Shown here piece by piece: positions 1 through 10,459 of a DNA stretch of 64,000 bases; within the stretch, counting starts at the first letter, position 1; each line of letters begins with the position of its first letter. The notes under the pieces were generated by a model that saw nothing but the letters and a program-made list of their open reading frames with translations, ran no database searches and had not been told where the DNA came from. Position numbers and translations under genes: made by a program. Origin of the DNA: an uncultured Chloroflexia bacterium (GTDB lineage Bacteria > Chloroflexota > Limnocylindria > Limnocylindrales > CSP1-4); contig CAWEYB010000001.1 of NCBI GenBank assembly GCA_963813225.1, positions 256,362 to 320,361 on the forward strand, written 5' to 3'.

Positions 1-102
1 CGGATCGAACGGCGCAGGCACATGGCGCTCGCGGTAGTACCGACCGACGAGCTCGAGGATCTCGGCTCGCGTGTCGGACGCGGCGTCGCGCCTCGTGGTC
101 AT
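1..102 (-). CDS. First 34 codons of a DegT/RfbH-type PLP-dependent sugar dehydratase/aminotransferase; the gene runs off the window
   Basis: Minus-strand ATG at 100-102 overlaps the rfbG stop (ATGA). Translation MTTRRDAASDTRAEILELVGRYYRERHVPAPFDP resembles RfbH/DegT N-termini. It sits next to rfbG and rfbF. Confidence 0.45.
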   Translation of the reverse strand, partial: MTTRRDAASDTRAEILELVGRYYRERHVPAPFDP

Positions 103-1220
103 GTGGTCGACCCTTCTCCTTTGTCGTTCGCCCAGACCAGCCCCGCGGCGCGCGCGTCGTCCTGGTAGGCGCTGAGCTCATGGTCGACCAGCCCGCGAGC
201 GCTGGCAGGGGCCCGGTAGTACTCGCGGTACCACGAGGCCGTCCGGCGGACGGCCGTCTCCGCATCCCACACCGGCGCCCAGCCGAGCTGCTCCCGCGCC
301 TTCGTGCTGTCGAGGCTCAGCCGCTGGGCCTCGTGCGGCTGCCCGCTCGGATCCACCGGCGTCGTCCACGAGCCCGATCCCCATTCCGCGAGGAAACGCT
401 CGACGACCCAGCGGACCGGTTCGTCTGCCCGATCCTCGGTCGGGCCGAAGTTCCACGCTCCTTCGTAGCGATGGCCATCGTCGAGCAGCAACGCCCCCAG
501 CCGGAGGTATCCGGACAGCGGCTCGAGCACGTGCTGCCAGGGCCGGATCGCCTCGGGGTTGCGGACGACGATCGGCTCGCCCGCGACCAGGGCGCGCACC
601 GAGTCGGGAACGATGCGGTCGGGCGCCCAGTCGCCGCCGCCGATGACGTTCCCGGCGCGGACCGATGCGATCGCCGCGCCATCGGCGAAGAAGCTCGCGC
701 GGTAGGCGGCGGTGACGAGCTCGGCAGCCCCCTTGCTGGCGGCGTACGGGTCACGGCCACCCATCGGGTCGGTCTCCCGGAACGCGTGGTCGGTCTCGGG
801 GTTGTCGTAGCACTTGTCGCTGGTCACGACGACGACCGCGCGGACCGACGGACATGCCCGAGCCGCCTCGAGCACGTTGACGGTGCCCATGACGTTCGTC
901 TCGAACGTCTCGCGCGGCTCCTCGTAGGCCCGCCGGACGAGCGCCCGCGCGGCGAGGTGGAAGATCACCGACGGCTGCGCGGCCTGCACCTCGGCCGCGA
1001 GACGGTCGTGATCGCGAACGTCTGCGACGACGTGGCGGACCCGCGAGCCCAGGTCCAGCGCATCGAACAGGTTCGGTTCGGTGGGTGGATCGAGGGCGTA
1101 GCCGGTGACCTGGGCGCCAAGGCTGTCGAGCCACTCGGCGAGCCACGCACCCTTGAACCCGGTGTGGCCGGTCACGAAGACGCGCCGGTCGCGCGTAGCT
1201 GTCATCGAGCGCATCGCCAC
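99..1220 (-). CDS. rfbG: CDP-glucose 4,6-dehydratase (SDR family)
   Basis: Intact 373-aa ORF with a GTG start. It has the VFVTGHTGFKGAWL Rossmann motif and the YAASK catalytic motif, and is RfbG-like along its full length. Confidence 0.9.
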   Translation of the reverse strand: MAMRSMTATRDRRVFVTGHTGFKGAWLAEWLDSLGAQVTGYALDPPTEPNLFDALDLGSRVRHVVADVRDHDRLAAEVQAAQPSVIFHLAARALVRRAYEEPRETFETNVMGTVNVLEAARACPSVRAVVVVTSDKCYDNPETDHAFRETDPMGGRDPYAASKGAAELVTAAYRASFFADGAAIASVRAGNVIGGGDWAPDRIVPDSVRALVAGEPIVVRNPEAIRPWQHVLEPLSGYLRLGALLLDDGHRYEGAWNFGPTEDRADEPVRWVVERFLAEWGSGSWTTPVDPSGQPHEAQRLSLDSTKAREQLGWAPVWDAETAVRRTASWYREYYRAPASARGLVDHELSAYQDDARAAGLVWANDKGEGSTT

Positions 1221-2444
1221 TCAGTACATCAGGATCAGTGGCACGTCGGGCCGAACTGCTCGCGCGCTGCGGTCGCGATCGCCGAGTCTGGCTGACCGCC
1301 GAGAGATCAGGATCGGCGACCTGCGAGTCGTCGAGATCTGCGGGCGCCATGACAGGGCGGCCCGCGAGCGTGGCGCCCGGCGTAATGCGGGTTCGAGTCG
1401 AGGAACGCCTCGATTTGGCATTCAGCGAACCGTGAGGTCTCGAGCAGGTGGAGGGCATGCGTGCCGGTCCCCCACACGTAGATCCGCTCGCCGCGTCGCG
1501 CGAGCGATGCGATCCGCTGCACGACCAGCCTCGGTCTCGGCGCTTCAGATCGACTGACGTACTCGCGAACGTCATCCGACTCCGGACTCGGTCAGGTCGA
1601 CGGCGGGCGCTCGATCGGTCCCACCGATAGATCGCCTCGAGCGCTGGGCCGTGTCCGATCCGTGCCCAGCTGGCAGGACGACGTGCGCTCGCTACGAGGG
1701 AATAGCCCTCCGCCTCAAGCGGCGTTCGCGAGTGATGTGCGGGTGAAGTAGTTGATGTGTTCGACGCTGAACTCCTGGAACGGAGCATCAACGTGATCCT
1801 TGAACGCGCCGGCGTCCGGAACGCGTAGATACAGGATGTACCGCCGGTCTGCAGAAGTGCCGAGCGACTGCGCGCAGGCTGCCGACGTGGGTCAAGCAGA
1901 TGCTCGAGGACGGCACACGTAGCTGACGATGACCGAACTTTTCGCCCCACGCTCGCTGCCTCGTCGCAAGCCGCCGACGACGACATCGAGAGCGGCTCGT
2001 CTCGTGCGCACGACGAACGGCCTCGGCGACGGGTCGACGCCGTGAAGAGGCGACTGAAGCCCGACATGCCGAGCGCAACCAGGAAAGTCGCCGGTTGCGG
2101 TGCCGACATCGAGAATCGGCGCTGTCGCGGTCGGCGACGTGTGCGGCGACGAACCGGGCCAGGTCGGCAAATCGCCGCGGTCATCCGAACCGGAGACCTG
2201 GGCTCCTTCTGCGCTCAGGTCGTACTTCGACGAGTCGACGTAGTACTGGGCGAAGCGCTGCTCATCGGGAAGATCCGGAAGCAAAACACATGCCGCAGTC
2301 GCTGCATGCGACGACGTCGTATCCGTCCCCGATGCTGCCTCGGGCGAAGTCTGCGAAGCCGCTGACGATAGAGGACGATCGTTGTCGCCGAGTCGCACAG
2401 ACCGGGCAGGTTCGTGCGGTATCTGGAGCGCCGCGACACGTCAC
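1221..2444 (-). CDS. NDP/CDP-hexose C-methyltransferase-like enzyme (Zn-ribbon, class I SAM methyltransferase and C-terminal C-MTase domain). The frame is broken at least 4 times as sequenced.
   Basis: Conserved pieces are spread over three frames: CPVCA...[77 protein letters not shown]...[11 protein letters not shown]. The proposed GTG start forms a GTGA overlap with a stop at 2441-2443. The stop at 1221-1223 abuts the rfbG start. Confidence 0.55.
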
Positions 2445-3266
2445 GTCGCCATGCGGCTGCGGCTCGTCCGTCCAGACGGCCCACGGCGCTTCGCCCGAGT
2501 CCCAGAGGGCCTGGAGCGTCCGCACGTCGCGCAGGGCGTCCATCGGCTGCCAGAAGCCGCGATGTCGGTACGCCACCAGCTCGCCGTCGGCGGCGAGACC
2601 CTCGAGCGGTGGCGCTCTCGAAGAGCGTGTCGTCGCCGTCGATGCGGTCGAGGACGGCCGGCTCGAGGACGAAGAACCCGCCGTTCACCCAGGCGCCGTC
2701 GCCGATCGGCTTCTCCTGGAAGGCTCGGACGCCAGGCGCCACGACCCCGCCGACGATCTCGTCGTCGTCGATCTCGAGGGATCCGAAGCGGCCCGATCGG
2801 CTGGACCGCCGTGATCGTCGCGAGCTTGCCGTGCGCACGGTGGAACTCGACCAGCTGGGCGATGTCGACGTCCGCGACGCCGTCGCCGTAGGTCAGCATG
2901 AACGTCTCGTCGCCGATGTAGTCGCGGACGCGCTTGATCCGCCCGCCGGTCTGCGTCTCTGCGCCCGTGTCGACCAGCGTCACGCGCCACGGCTCGGCCG
3001 GCGTTCTGGTGGACGACCATCGAGTTGTCGCGCATGTCGAAGGTCACGTCGGACATGTGCAGGAAGTAGTTCGAGAAGTACTCCTTGATCACGTAGCCCT
3101 TGTAGCCGAGGCAGACGACGAAGTCGTTGAACCCGTAGTGGCTGTAGATCTTCATGATGTGCCACAGGATCGGCCGCTCGCCGATCTCGACCATCGGCTT
3201 GGGGCGGGAGGCGGTCTCCTCGGACAGGCGCGTGCCGAGACCGCCGGCGAGGATGACGACTTTCAC
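2441..3266 (-). CDS. rfbF: Glucose-1-phosphate cytidylyltransferase; about 3 frame breaks as sequenced
   Basis: [38 protein letters not shown] (frame 1), [21 protein letters not shown]...[11 protein letters not shown] (frame 2), [10 protein letters not shown]...[12 protein letters not shown] (frame 3) and [26 protein letters not shown] (frame 1). GGAGG lies upstream of the GTG at 3264-3266. Confidence 0.85.
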
Positions 3267-3379
3267 AACGCGCGCGTCCCCCTCCGGCAAATCTTGGTGG
3301 CTGGCCGCAGTGTATCGTCCACGGCCACCGGGGGGCTGCCATGTCCTCCTGGGTCCAGACAGGGTGCTCGACGCCGGAG

Positions 3380-4773
3380 ATGACGGACCAGCAGATGGTT
3401 GCGCGACACGATCGCGCACGTGCCTTCCGTGCAGGCTGGCGCGCCCTGAGTCGAGCCCGTCTCGAAAACGTGTATCTCGTTGTCGCGCTGGTCTGGGGTG
3501 TGGCGCAGGTGTTCCTTATGCCTCCGCTGCAGGTTCCCGACGAGGGTGATCATTGGTTCCGGTCATGGGCGATGACGGACGGACAGTTCACGTCCGACAG
3601 CCAGGGAACCTCACGCTGCCTGGAGTCTTCGCCCGGACCATCGATATCTACAGGGCCGCTACCAACGACCACACGATCCTGCTGGGATCGCTCGACAGCG
3701 AGCCAGGCTTTTCTGGCTACGGAGATATGTTCAACGGGCCCGGTCCAGCCGGCCCTGTGAAGGTCCTCTCTTACGTATCGCACTACGGCCCGATCGGTTA
3801 CCTGCCGCAGGCCGTAGGAGTCGGCGTGGGGCGACTCATCGGCGCGCCACCGCTTATCAGCTTCTACCTCGCGAGATTGGCGAACCTTCTGGTTGCCGTC
3901 ACGCTGCTCTTCTTCGCGGTCCGCCTCGCGCCCTTCGGCAAGCAGCTCTTCGTGCTCATCGCCCTGCTACCCGTCACGATGCTGGAACTGGCCAGCGTCT
4001 CCTGTGATGCGTTGACCATCGCTGGAGCGATCCTCTTCATATCCCTCGTGTTGTGGGCGAGCACGCGGGCTACGCTGCGACGAAGGGATCTCGCCGTCCT
4101 GTTGGCGTCGGCAGCCCTCTTCTTGAACGTGAAGTACGGCTACGAAGCGTTGATCGTGCTGTTGCTGCTTATCGTGCCCAGGCAACTGGGGGGTCGCGCC
4201 CGGTACGCCGGATTCGTCGTCGCCGCAGCGATCCTCGTGAACGGCGGGCTCCTGCTGGACTTGATCGTCACCCGTGTCTCACTTCCCGCCGCGGGCCCGA
4301 ACGTGCAGCTCTCGTTCATCCTTCAGCAGCCACTGGACTTCCTCGGCATCGTCTGGGCCAACCTGGCGGACACCATGTTCCGAGCGGTCGCCAGCATCGG
4401 GATCCTGGGTTGGATCAGTCTCGCCCTCCCACCTGTCTTCTATTCGATCGCCCTGTCGGGTGGGCTCGTCCTCTTCTTCTGGACGGGCGAAGACGTCCAC
4501 CTGGAACTCTGGCGGCGGGTGTTGTTAGCCGCGGCTGCTGCCGCGGTCTACGTGATGATCGCTATCGCGCTGTACGCATTCTTGGAGCCGATCGGGAGTC
4601 GGCAGATCACCTTCCAGGGCCGCTACCTCATCCCCGTACTGCTCCTGCTCCTGCTATCGGCGTACGGGGGTCACATCGTCCAGAGACATCGCGCCGCGCC
4701 ATTCCTAGCCGTCGTCGTGTTCCTGATGATGGTCATCAACCTCCAGACCATCGTCTCCTTCTACTACACGTGA
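3380..4773 (+). CDS. DUF2142-type polytopic membrane protein (putative glycosyltransferase); one frame break near 3590
   Basis: The N-terminal piece ...[25 protein letters not shown] (ORF 3341-3760) continues in the frame of the 406-aa membrane ORF 3553-4773. There are many predicted transmembrane segments. Confidence 0.6.
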
Positions 4774-4785
4774 CAGGCCCGGCGG

Positions 4786-6842
4786 TCACGGAACCTTCAG
4801 GACTTGGTCTTCCCCATCGGTCCAGATCGGGAGAGCGCTGGTCACAAGGGAATTCGGGTGTCTCGCGGTCGTATAGATGTAGTCGATCCCGTGGGCCTTG
4901 AGGAACGTGGCCACGGCTTCCGACGACGGACGCGCGTTCGGCATCCGGGTATAGCACGCTCTGTGGCGCCCCTCGGAAGAATTGGCTCGCGACCTGGTCG
5001 GAGCGGGCGGCACCGATGAGGGTGTTGGGGAATTCGGCCTCGAAGCACATCGGGACGACTCGGCGGCTCGTGTGGGCGTCGATGCTGAGAAGCTGCGGTG
5101 TCCCGAACTGCGACCTCGTCGAACGGCGTACATGAATAGGCGAGCTTGGCGTCCGTAGGGAGCTGTTTGATCGCGTCCAGGAGGCTGACCGGGATCGACT
5201 CTTCGTCACCTGGTCCGAAACCCTGGAGACGGCTGATCCCGCTGGTGGCTCCCAGCTCCACCTGGATCAGGCAGACGACGATCAGGGCCAACGCCAACCG
5301 AAGGTGTCGTGTCGCCCGGAGGCGCTCCCAGACCGTCAGGACGGCGGCGACCGCGATCGGGGTCGCGAACACGGCGATCCCGGCGAAGTACAGGTAGAAC
5401 ATCGTGTAGTCGCTGAGTCGCCAGCCCCAGCCGATCGCACCGGCCGCCAGGAGGCCCATGGTCGCGAGGTAGAGGTCGGCCTCGAATGGCGCTTCTCGGC
5501 GGCGCAGGTACCAGGCCACGGGGATCGCCAGGAAGACCCCGGCGCCGAGGACCGTGATCGCCACCGACTCACGCCACGACGCATTGAACGCGGAGATGAC
5601 GGTCGACGGATCGACGGTCGTCGTCGAGGAGACCGGGGTCGCCGAGCCCCCTCCGAGGGAGTGGCCCGTGGCCATCCCCCAGACCACGGTCGCGACGACG
5701 GCCACTCCCGTCGCGATCAGCGTCCGGGCCCAGACGGGCGCCACGATCGGCAAGTGGCGCGCCATCAGCGACCGCAAGAGCCCGATCCCACCCAGGATGG
5801 CCACCCCGACGAATGCCAGGACGGCGATCGCGATGTGCGCGGGGAGGATGAAGGCGACGACGCTGCCGACGAATGCGGCCAGCGCCCACGTCGCGGCGCG
5901 CCGACCAAGGACGACCAGCGCATACAAGGCCAGCAGGCCGGCCACTGCACCCAGTCCGTACAGCGTGATCCCGAAGACCATGCCGACGGCCCACGAGCTG
6001 AAGAACGGCCCGGCGATCAGCGGGACGGGGGCCAGGACCAGGCACGCCGCGAAGCCGAGCGCGTACGCCCACGACGTGATCGATCGGCGAGATCCGACGC
6101 ACGAGTGTTCCGGTCAGGGCGGCCGCCGCGAGGAGCACGACCGGCAGGACGACGAAGAAGCGCGCGGCGAGCGGCGCGGCCCCGAAGATCGTGATCGCAG
6201 CCGACGCGAGCCAGAGCTCGCCCCAGTGATACCAGGTCTGGGCGGGGACTGCCGGGCAGGTCGCTGAAGCCGGACGGCAGCGTGTTGTTCTCGGTGCCGG
6301 TCGTCGCGAGGTCGCGACCGAGGACCGCGTAGAAGGCCTCGTCGCGGTTCTCCGCGGGCTGGACGCCATCGCGTGGACTTGGCGCCATCGTCGACCCATA
6401 GAGCAGCGCGATCGCGACGATGAAGACACCGCCGCCGAGGGCGGCGAGGGCGATCGGTCGATTGCGTGTCCAGCGGGTGCCATCGGTGGGCGCTGGGACC
6501 GTGCCGTCGGGCTCTGCCTCGCCGCGAGCCCGGAACCTTCGGACGAGCGCGATGACGATCGCGACGGCGAAGCCGATCGGCGACCGGGGTGAACGAGCTC
6601 CGTCCGCCGGACCAGACCGCCGCCCACCAGGCGGCCAGCACCATGAGTCCCGATGCCAGACCGACGCCGAGCGTCTCGCCGGCGGGCGCATCGGTCTCGA
6701 GCAGGCCGACGAGGCGGGCCACCCAGATCCCGAACACCAGGCAGATCGCGCCGAACAGCAGACCCTGGGCGATGGCCAGCCAGACCGCGCCGTCGGCGAC
6801 GGTGATGGCGAGCTCGGACGCGAGCAGGGGCAGCCAGGTCAC
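4786..6842 (-). CDS. Large (about 685 aa) polytopic membrane protein with a C-terminal soluble domain; family not recognised; at least 5 frame breaks
   Basis: Hydrophobic, protein-like segments follow one another across ORFs 6114-6842, 6017-6691, 5569-6627, 4842-5981, 4736-5209 and 4786-5133. I assume a single gene; two genes cannot be excluded. Confidence 0.45.
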
Positions 6843-6941
6843 GGGCCGTTCGCGCCCTGCTGCTCGCGGAGGGGAGACGCTGCCGCGGCCCCGTCTTCTG
6901 GTGTCATCACGGGCGCATCGTATCCGCGCCGCCCGCTACGC

Positions 6942-7832
6942 CTAGGTGACGCGAAGGTCCGCCCCTGCCGCCGGGACCTGCTCGACCCCGGTGACCGCCC
7001 CGACCTGCGTCGCTTCCTTCCGCGGCCACATCGACTCGGCCGCCAGCGCCGCGCAGATCGCGAAGCCGCTGATCCACAGGACCGGCAGCGCCAGCGTCGC
7101 CGCGACCGGGACCGTCCAGCGCCGGTCGGTCAGCCCGCCCCAGGCGACGAGCGCGGCGGCGGCCGGCAGCCGGATCCACAGCGGGATCGGGATGTTGAAC
7201 TGCGCGACGGACCCGCCCTCGGGTGTCGACGCGATGAAGGCGATCCACTGGCGCCACAGGTCCGCGTTCATCACCAGCGAGATGGCCACGATGGCGCCGG
7301 TGACGCCGAGCGCGATGCCGAGTGCCCGCCACTCTCGCCGGACGGCGAACCACAGCAGCCCGATCCCCGGCGTGACCTTGGTCAGCAGCACGAAGCCCCA
7401 TGTCCACGGGTAGCGGAACCCGAGCACGATCGCGGCCGCGATCCACAGGTGGATGTTGCCGTGATACAGCTCCAGTGCGACCGGCGGGAACGCCAGCAGC
7501 CAGAGGACGCGGACGCCGCGTCCGCCGAGCCAGATCAGGTTGCCGACCAGCAGCGCCAGCCAGATCCACAGGAACGTCGGCCACTCGAGGGCACCGAACG
7601 GACCGAACAGCCACGCGATCGGCGGCGTGTAGTTGAACGCGCCGAGTCCGCCGACGCCGACCTGGTACGGGTCGGCCGCGTTCACGTTCCAGTAGGCGAA
7701 GGCGTCGTAGCCGACCGTTCCCGCCTTCGGCGCGATCACGATGAACAGGTAGCCGAGGAAGATCAGCCCGGCGATGACGGCGCCGTCGCGGATGGCGCGG
7801 CGGAACGGCCGGGTCCCGGCCGACGCGGTCAT
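6942..7832 (-). CDS. GT87/DUF2029-type membrane glycosyltransferase (copy 2)
   Basis: Starts MTASAGTRPF; the ATG overlaps the upstream stop (ATGA at 7829-7832). Contains YDAFAYWNV...FNYTPPIAWLFGPF and multiple transmembrane helices. Confidence 0.65.
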   Translation of the reverse strand: MTASAGTRPFRRAIRDGAVIAGLIFLGYLFIVIAPKAGTVGYDAFAYWNVNAADPYQVGVGGLGAFNYTPPIAWLFGPFGALEWPTFLWIWLALLVGNLIWLGGRGVRVLWLLAFPPVALELYHGNIHLWIAAAIVLGFRYPWTWGFVLLTKVTPGIGLLWFAVRREWRALGIALGVTGAIVAISLVMNADLWRQWIAFIASTPEGGSVAQFNIPIPLWIRLPAAAALVAWGGLTDRRWTVPVAATLALPVLWISGFAICAALAAESMWPRKEATQVGAVTGVEQVPAAGADLRVT

Positions 7833-8765
7833 GTCGGCACCGCGGTCGGCGCGATCGGCTCGGTGGGGGTGACGCCGGCGTCGGACGAGACGGTCGCGGC
7901 CTCGTCGGGTGGACGGACGCCGGCCTGCATGGTCGACAGCTGGTACATCAGCAGTCGCGGGCTGACCAGGACCGAGGCACTGACCGCCAGCGCCCAGCCG
8001 GCCTTGGTCGGCGCGTAGCGCACGCGCCAGCCCGAGCAACGCGACGACGAAGACGCCCCAGAGCACCGGCGACAGCGCGTACAGCGAGCGGTTCTCGACG
8101 TTGCCGACCTGTCCCAGGTCCGAGAAGCCGAGGAAGGCGATCGTCCCCGCCGGCTCGAGGACGAATTGGAGCACGATCAGCCCGGCCATCCACGCCGCGA
8201 ACAGACCGACCGCGCGCCAGTCACGCCGGCCGATCCAGAACAGCGCCACGATGACCGGCAGGATCTTGAGGTTGCCCGCCAGCGCGATCGCCCACGGCGC
8301 CCCGAGCGCGACGAGGAAGGTCACCGCGACCTGGGCCTGGCCGATCGCCAGGCTCCACGCGATCGGCGCGGCCAGCCAGCCCGTGACGATCCAGGTCCAC
8401 TCGTTGCGGAGCCCGAGCCGGATCAGCGTTCCGACGAACAGGACGATGAGGAACGCCTCCCAGATGAGCGCCGCCGTGTCGAACGGGAGGAGCGCGAGCG
8501 GCCGGAAGGCGATCGCCAGGAGCGGCGGGTAGCGGTAGAACGCGGCGTCATCGGTCGACGCGCTCTGGACGTAGAGCGGCTGCCCCGCGTTCAGCCGTGC
8601 GCCGGCGTCGTAGTAGGCGTGGACGTCGGACAGCGGGTCCAGCCGAAGGTGGAGGACGAGCGTGTCGAGCCCGATGAGCAGCCCGAGGACGCTCGCGGCG
8701 ATGAAGACCCGATGGACGCCCCGGGAGCGGAACATGCGCGGCACATCGGCCATCATCGCGGTCAT
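7829..8765 (-). CDS. GT87/DUF2029-type membrane glycosyltransferase (copy 1); one frame break near 8030
   Basis: DVHAYYDAGARLNAGQPLY...FYRYPPLLAIAF motif. The C-terminus continues in ORF 7829-8023. The 629-aa ORF 6942-8831 is a frame-fused artefact of copies 1 and 2. Confidence 0.6.
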
Positions 8766-8818
8766 GCTAGTCGTGCCGGGGTAGGCCATTCGTACCGGTC
8801 GGCACGATCGGGACCCGG

Positions 8819-8827
8819 TGCTACTCT
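8819..8827 (+). promoter_or_regulatory. Extended -10 promoter candidate (TGCTACTCT), 9 nt upstream of the GTG at 8837; near-leaderless
   Basis: TGnTAnnnT motif in the 70-bp divergent intergenic region. The same motif type recurs upstream of cpaB, the atp operon and parA. Confidence 0.3.
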
Positions 8828-8836
8828 GCACCGGCC

Positions 8837-10459
8837 GTGCGTACCCCGTTGCTGTTGTATGGGCTCGCCCTCCTCGTCCGGGCGCTGCTCATCTGGCATT
8901 TCCCGGACCCGGCATACCCCGATTCCGCGTACTACGTGGACGTCGCGCGCGCCCTCCACGCCGGCCAGGGGTTCAACGTCGACTTCATCTGGATCTTCCC
9001 CGAGGTCGGCGGCAAGATCCCGGCCGTCCCGACCCTGCCGATCCCGTCCAACGCCCACTGGATGCCGCTGGCGTCGATCGTCCAGGTCCCGTTCCTGGCG
9101 ATCTTCGGTGACGTCGCCTGGGCATCGGCGCTCCCGTTCGCGCTCATCGGCTCGATCGCGGCGCCGCTGACCTGGGCGATCGCCCGGGACGCGGGCGCCC
9201 GAACGTTCGTGTCGGTCGGGGCGGGCGTGCTCGTGGCGATCCCGCTGCTGTCCACCGTCTACATGGCGCAGCCCGACAACTTCTCGCTCTACCAGCCGCT
9301 GGTCATCGCCTCGCTGTGGATGGCGGCGCGCGCCCTTCGCGGGACGGCGCATCCCGGACGCTCGTTCGTCCTGGCCGGCCTGTTCGCCGGTCTCGCGACG
9401 TTCGCCCGGAACGACGGCCTGTTCGTGCTGGCCTCGCTGGGCATCGTCTTCCTGTTCGATCGCTGGCGGGCGTGGCGCTCGGCCGGCGCCAGGCGCCCGA
9501 CCATCCCGTTCGCGGCGGCCGTCGGCTCGGTGGCCGTCTTCCTGCTCGTCATGGGGCCGTGGTGGATCCGCCAGCTGGCCGTCTTCGGCTCGCTGTCGCC
9601 GTCGACCACGTCGGGCAAGGTCCTGTTCATCCGCGACATCGGGGAGTGGAACAGCATCACCATCCCGGCCACCCTCGACCACCTGCTCGGGATGGGGATC
9701 GGTCCGCTGATCATGACCCGGATCGGTGGCGCGGTCGCGGCCGTGTTCATCTATCTGACCCTGGTCTGCGGCTTCGTCCTCGCCCCGACGATGATCATCG
9801 GCGGCTGGGCGCGGCGCCGGTCGACCGACTTCGGCCCGTTCTTCGTCTACGCCGCGATCCTGTTCGCGTTCTCGGCGCTGATCTCGGCCGTCCACGTCCC
9901 GGGCGGGACGTTCATCCACTCGGCCATCGCGCTCGCGCCGTACAGCTACATCCTCGCGCTCGAGGGCCTCGTCATCGCCATCGGCTGGCTGGCCGCGCGT
10001 CGTCCGTCGTGGGACAAGGACATGGCGCTGCGGGTCTTCGGCGGCGCGACGATCGCCTTCGCGATCGGGATCGCGGTCCTCGGGACGCTCGCGGTCCACG
10101 CCACGTGGACGGCCCGCACCGACCAGCACCAGGCGGTCGCCGCCGCGCTCGACGCCGCGGGCGCCCCGGCGACTGACCGGGTCATGTCGATCGACGCCTC
10201 GAGCACCAAATACTGGTCGGGCCGCGGCGGGGTCGTGCTGGTCAACGACCCGCTGGACACGATCCACGACGTCGCGCGCGCGTACGACATCCGCTGGCTG
10301 GTCCTGGATCGGGACGATTCGGTCAGCTCGGTCGCGCCCATCCTCGACGGCGGGCCGCTCCCCGACTGGCTCGGGCCGCCGATCATGAGCCAGGGCTCGC
10401 CGACCCAGCTCGCGGTCTACCCGGTGCTCCCGGCACCGGCCGCGGAGACCACGCCGTGA
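8837..10459 (+). CDS. ArnT/PMT-family (GT39/GT83-like) polyprenyl-phosphate-dependent membrane glycosyltransferase
   Basis: Intact 540-aa ORF. N-terminal DSAYYVDVARALHAGQGF motif, about 11 or more transmembrane segments and a C-terminal soluble domain. Confidence 0.7.
   Translation: MRTPLLLYGLALLVRALLIWHFPDPAYPDSAYYVDVARALHAGQGFNVDFIWIFPEVGGKIPAVPTLPIPSNAHWMPLASIVQVPFLAIFGDVAWASALPFALIGSIAAPLTWAIARDAGARTFVSVGAGVLVAIPLLSTVYMAQPDNFSLYQPLVIASLWMAARALRGTAHPGRSFVLAGLFAGLATFARNDGLFVLASLGIVFLFDRWRAWRSAGARRPTIPFAAAVGSVAVFLLVMGPWWIRQLAVFGSLSPSTTSGKVLFIRDIGEWNSITIPATLDHLLGMGIGPLIMTRIGGAVAAVFIYLTLVCGFVLAPTMIIGGWARRRSTDFGPFFVYAAILFAFSALISAVHVPGGTFIHSAIALAPYSYILALEGLVIAIGWLAARRPSWDKDMALRVFGGATIAFAIGIAVLGTLAVHATWTARTDQHQAVAAALDAAGAPATDRVMSIDASSTKYWSGRGGVVLVNDPLDTIHDVARAYDIRWLVLDRDDSVSSVAPILDGGPLPDWLGPPIMSQGSPTQLAVYPVLPAPAAETTP

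Noticed and set aside
2262-2576. Apparent in-frame fusion of the rfbF C-terminus with the Zn-ribbon of the methyltransferase
   Set aside because: A GTGA start/stop junction at 2441-2444 in the neighbouring frame fits the window-wide coupling pattern. The fusion is better explained by an indel just upstream of the rfbF stop.
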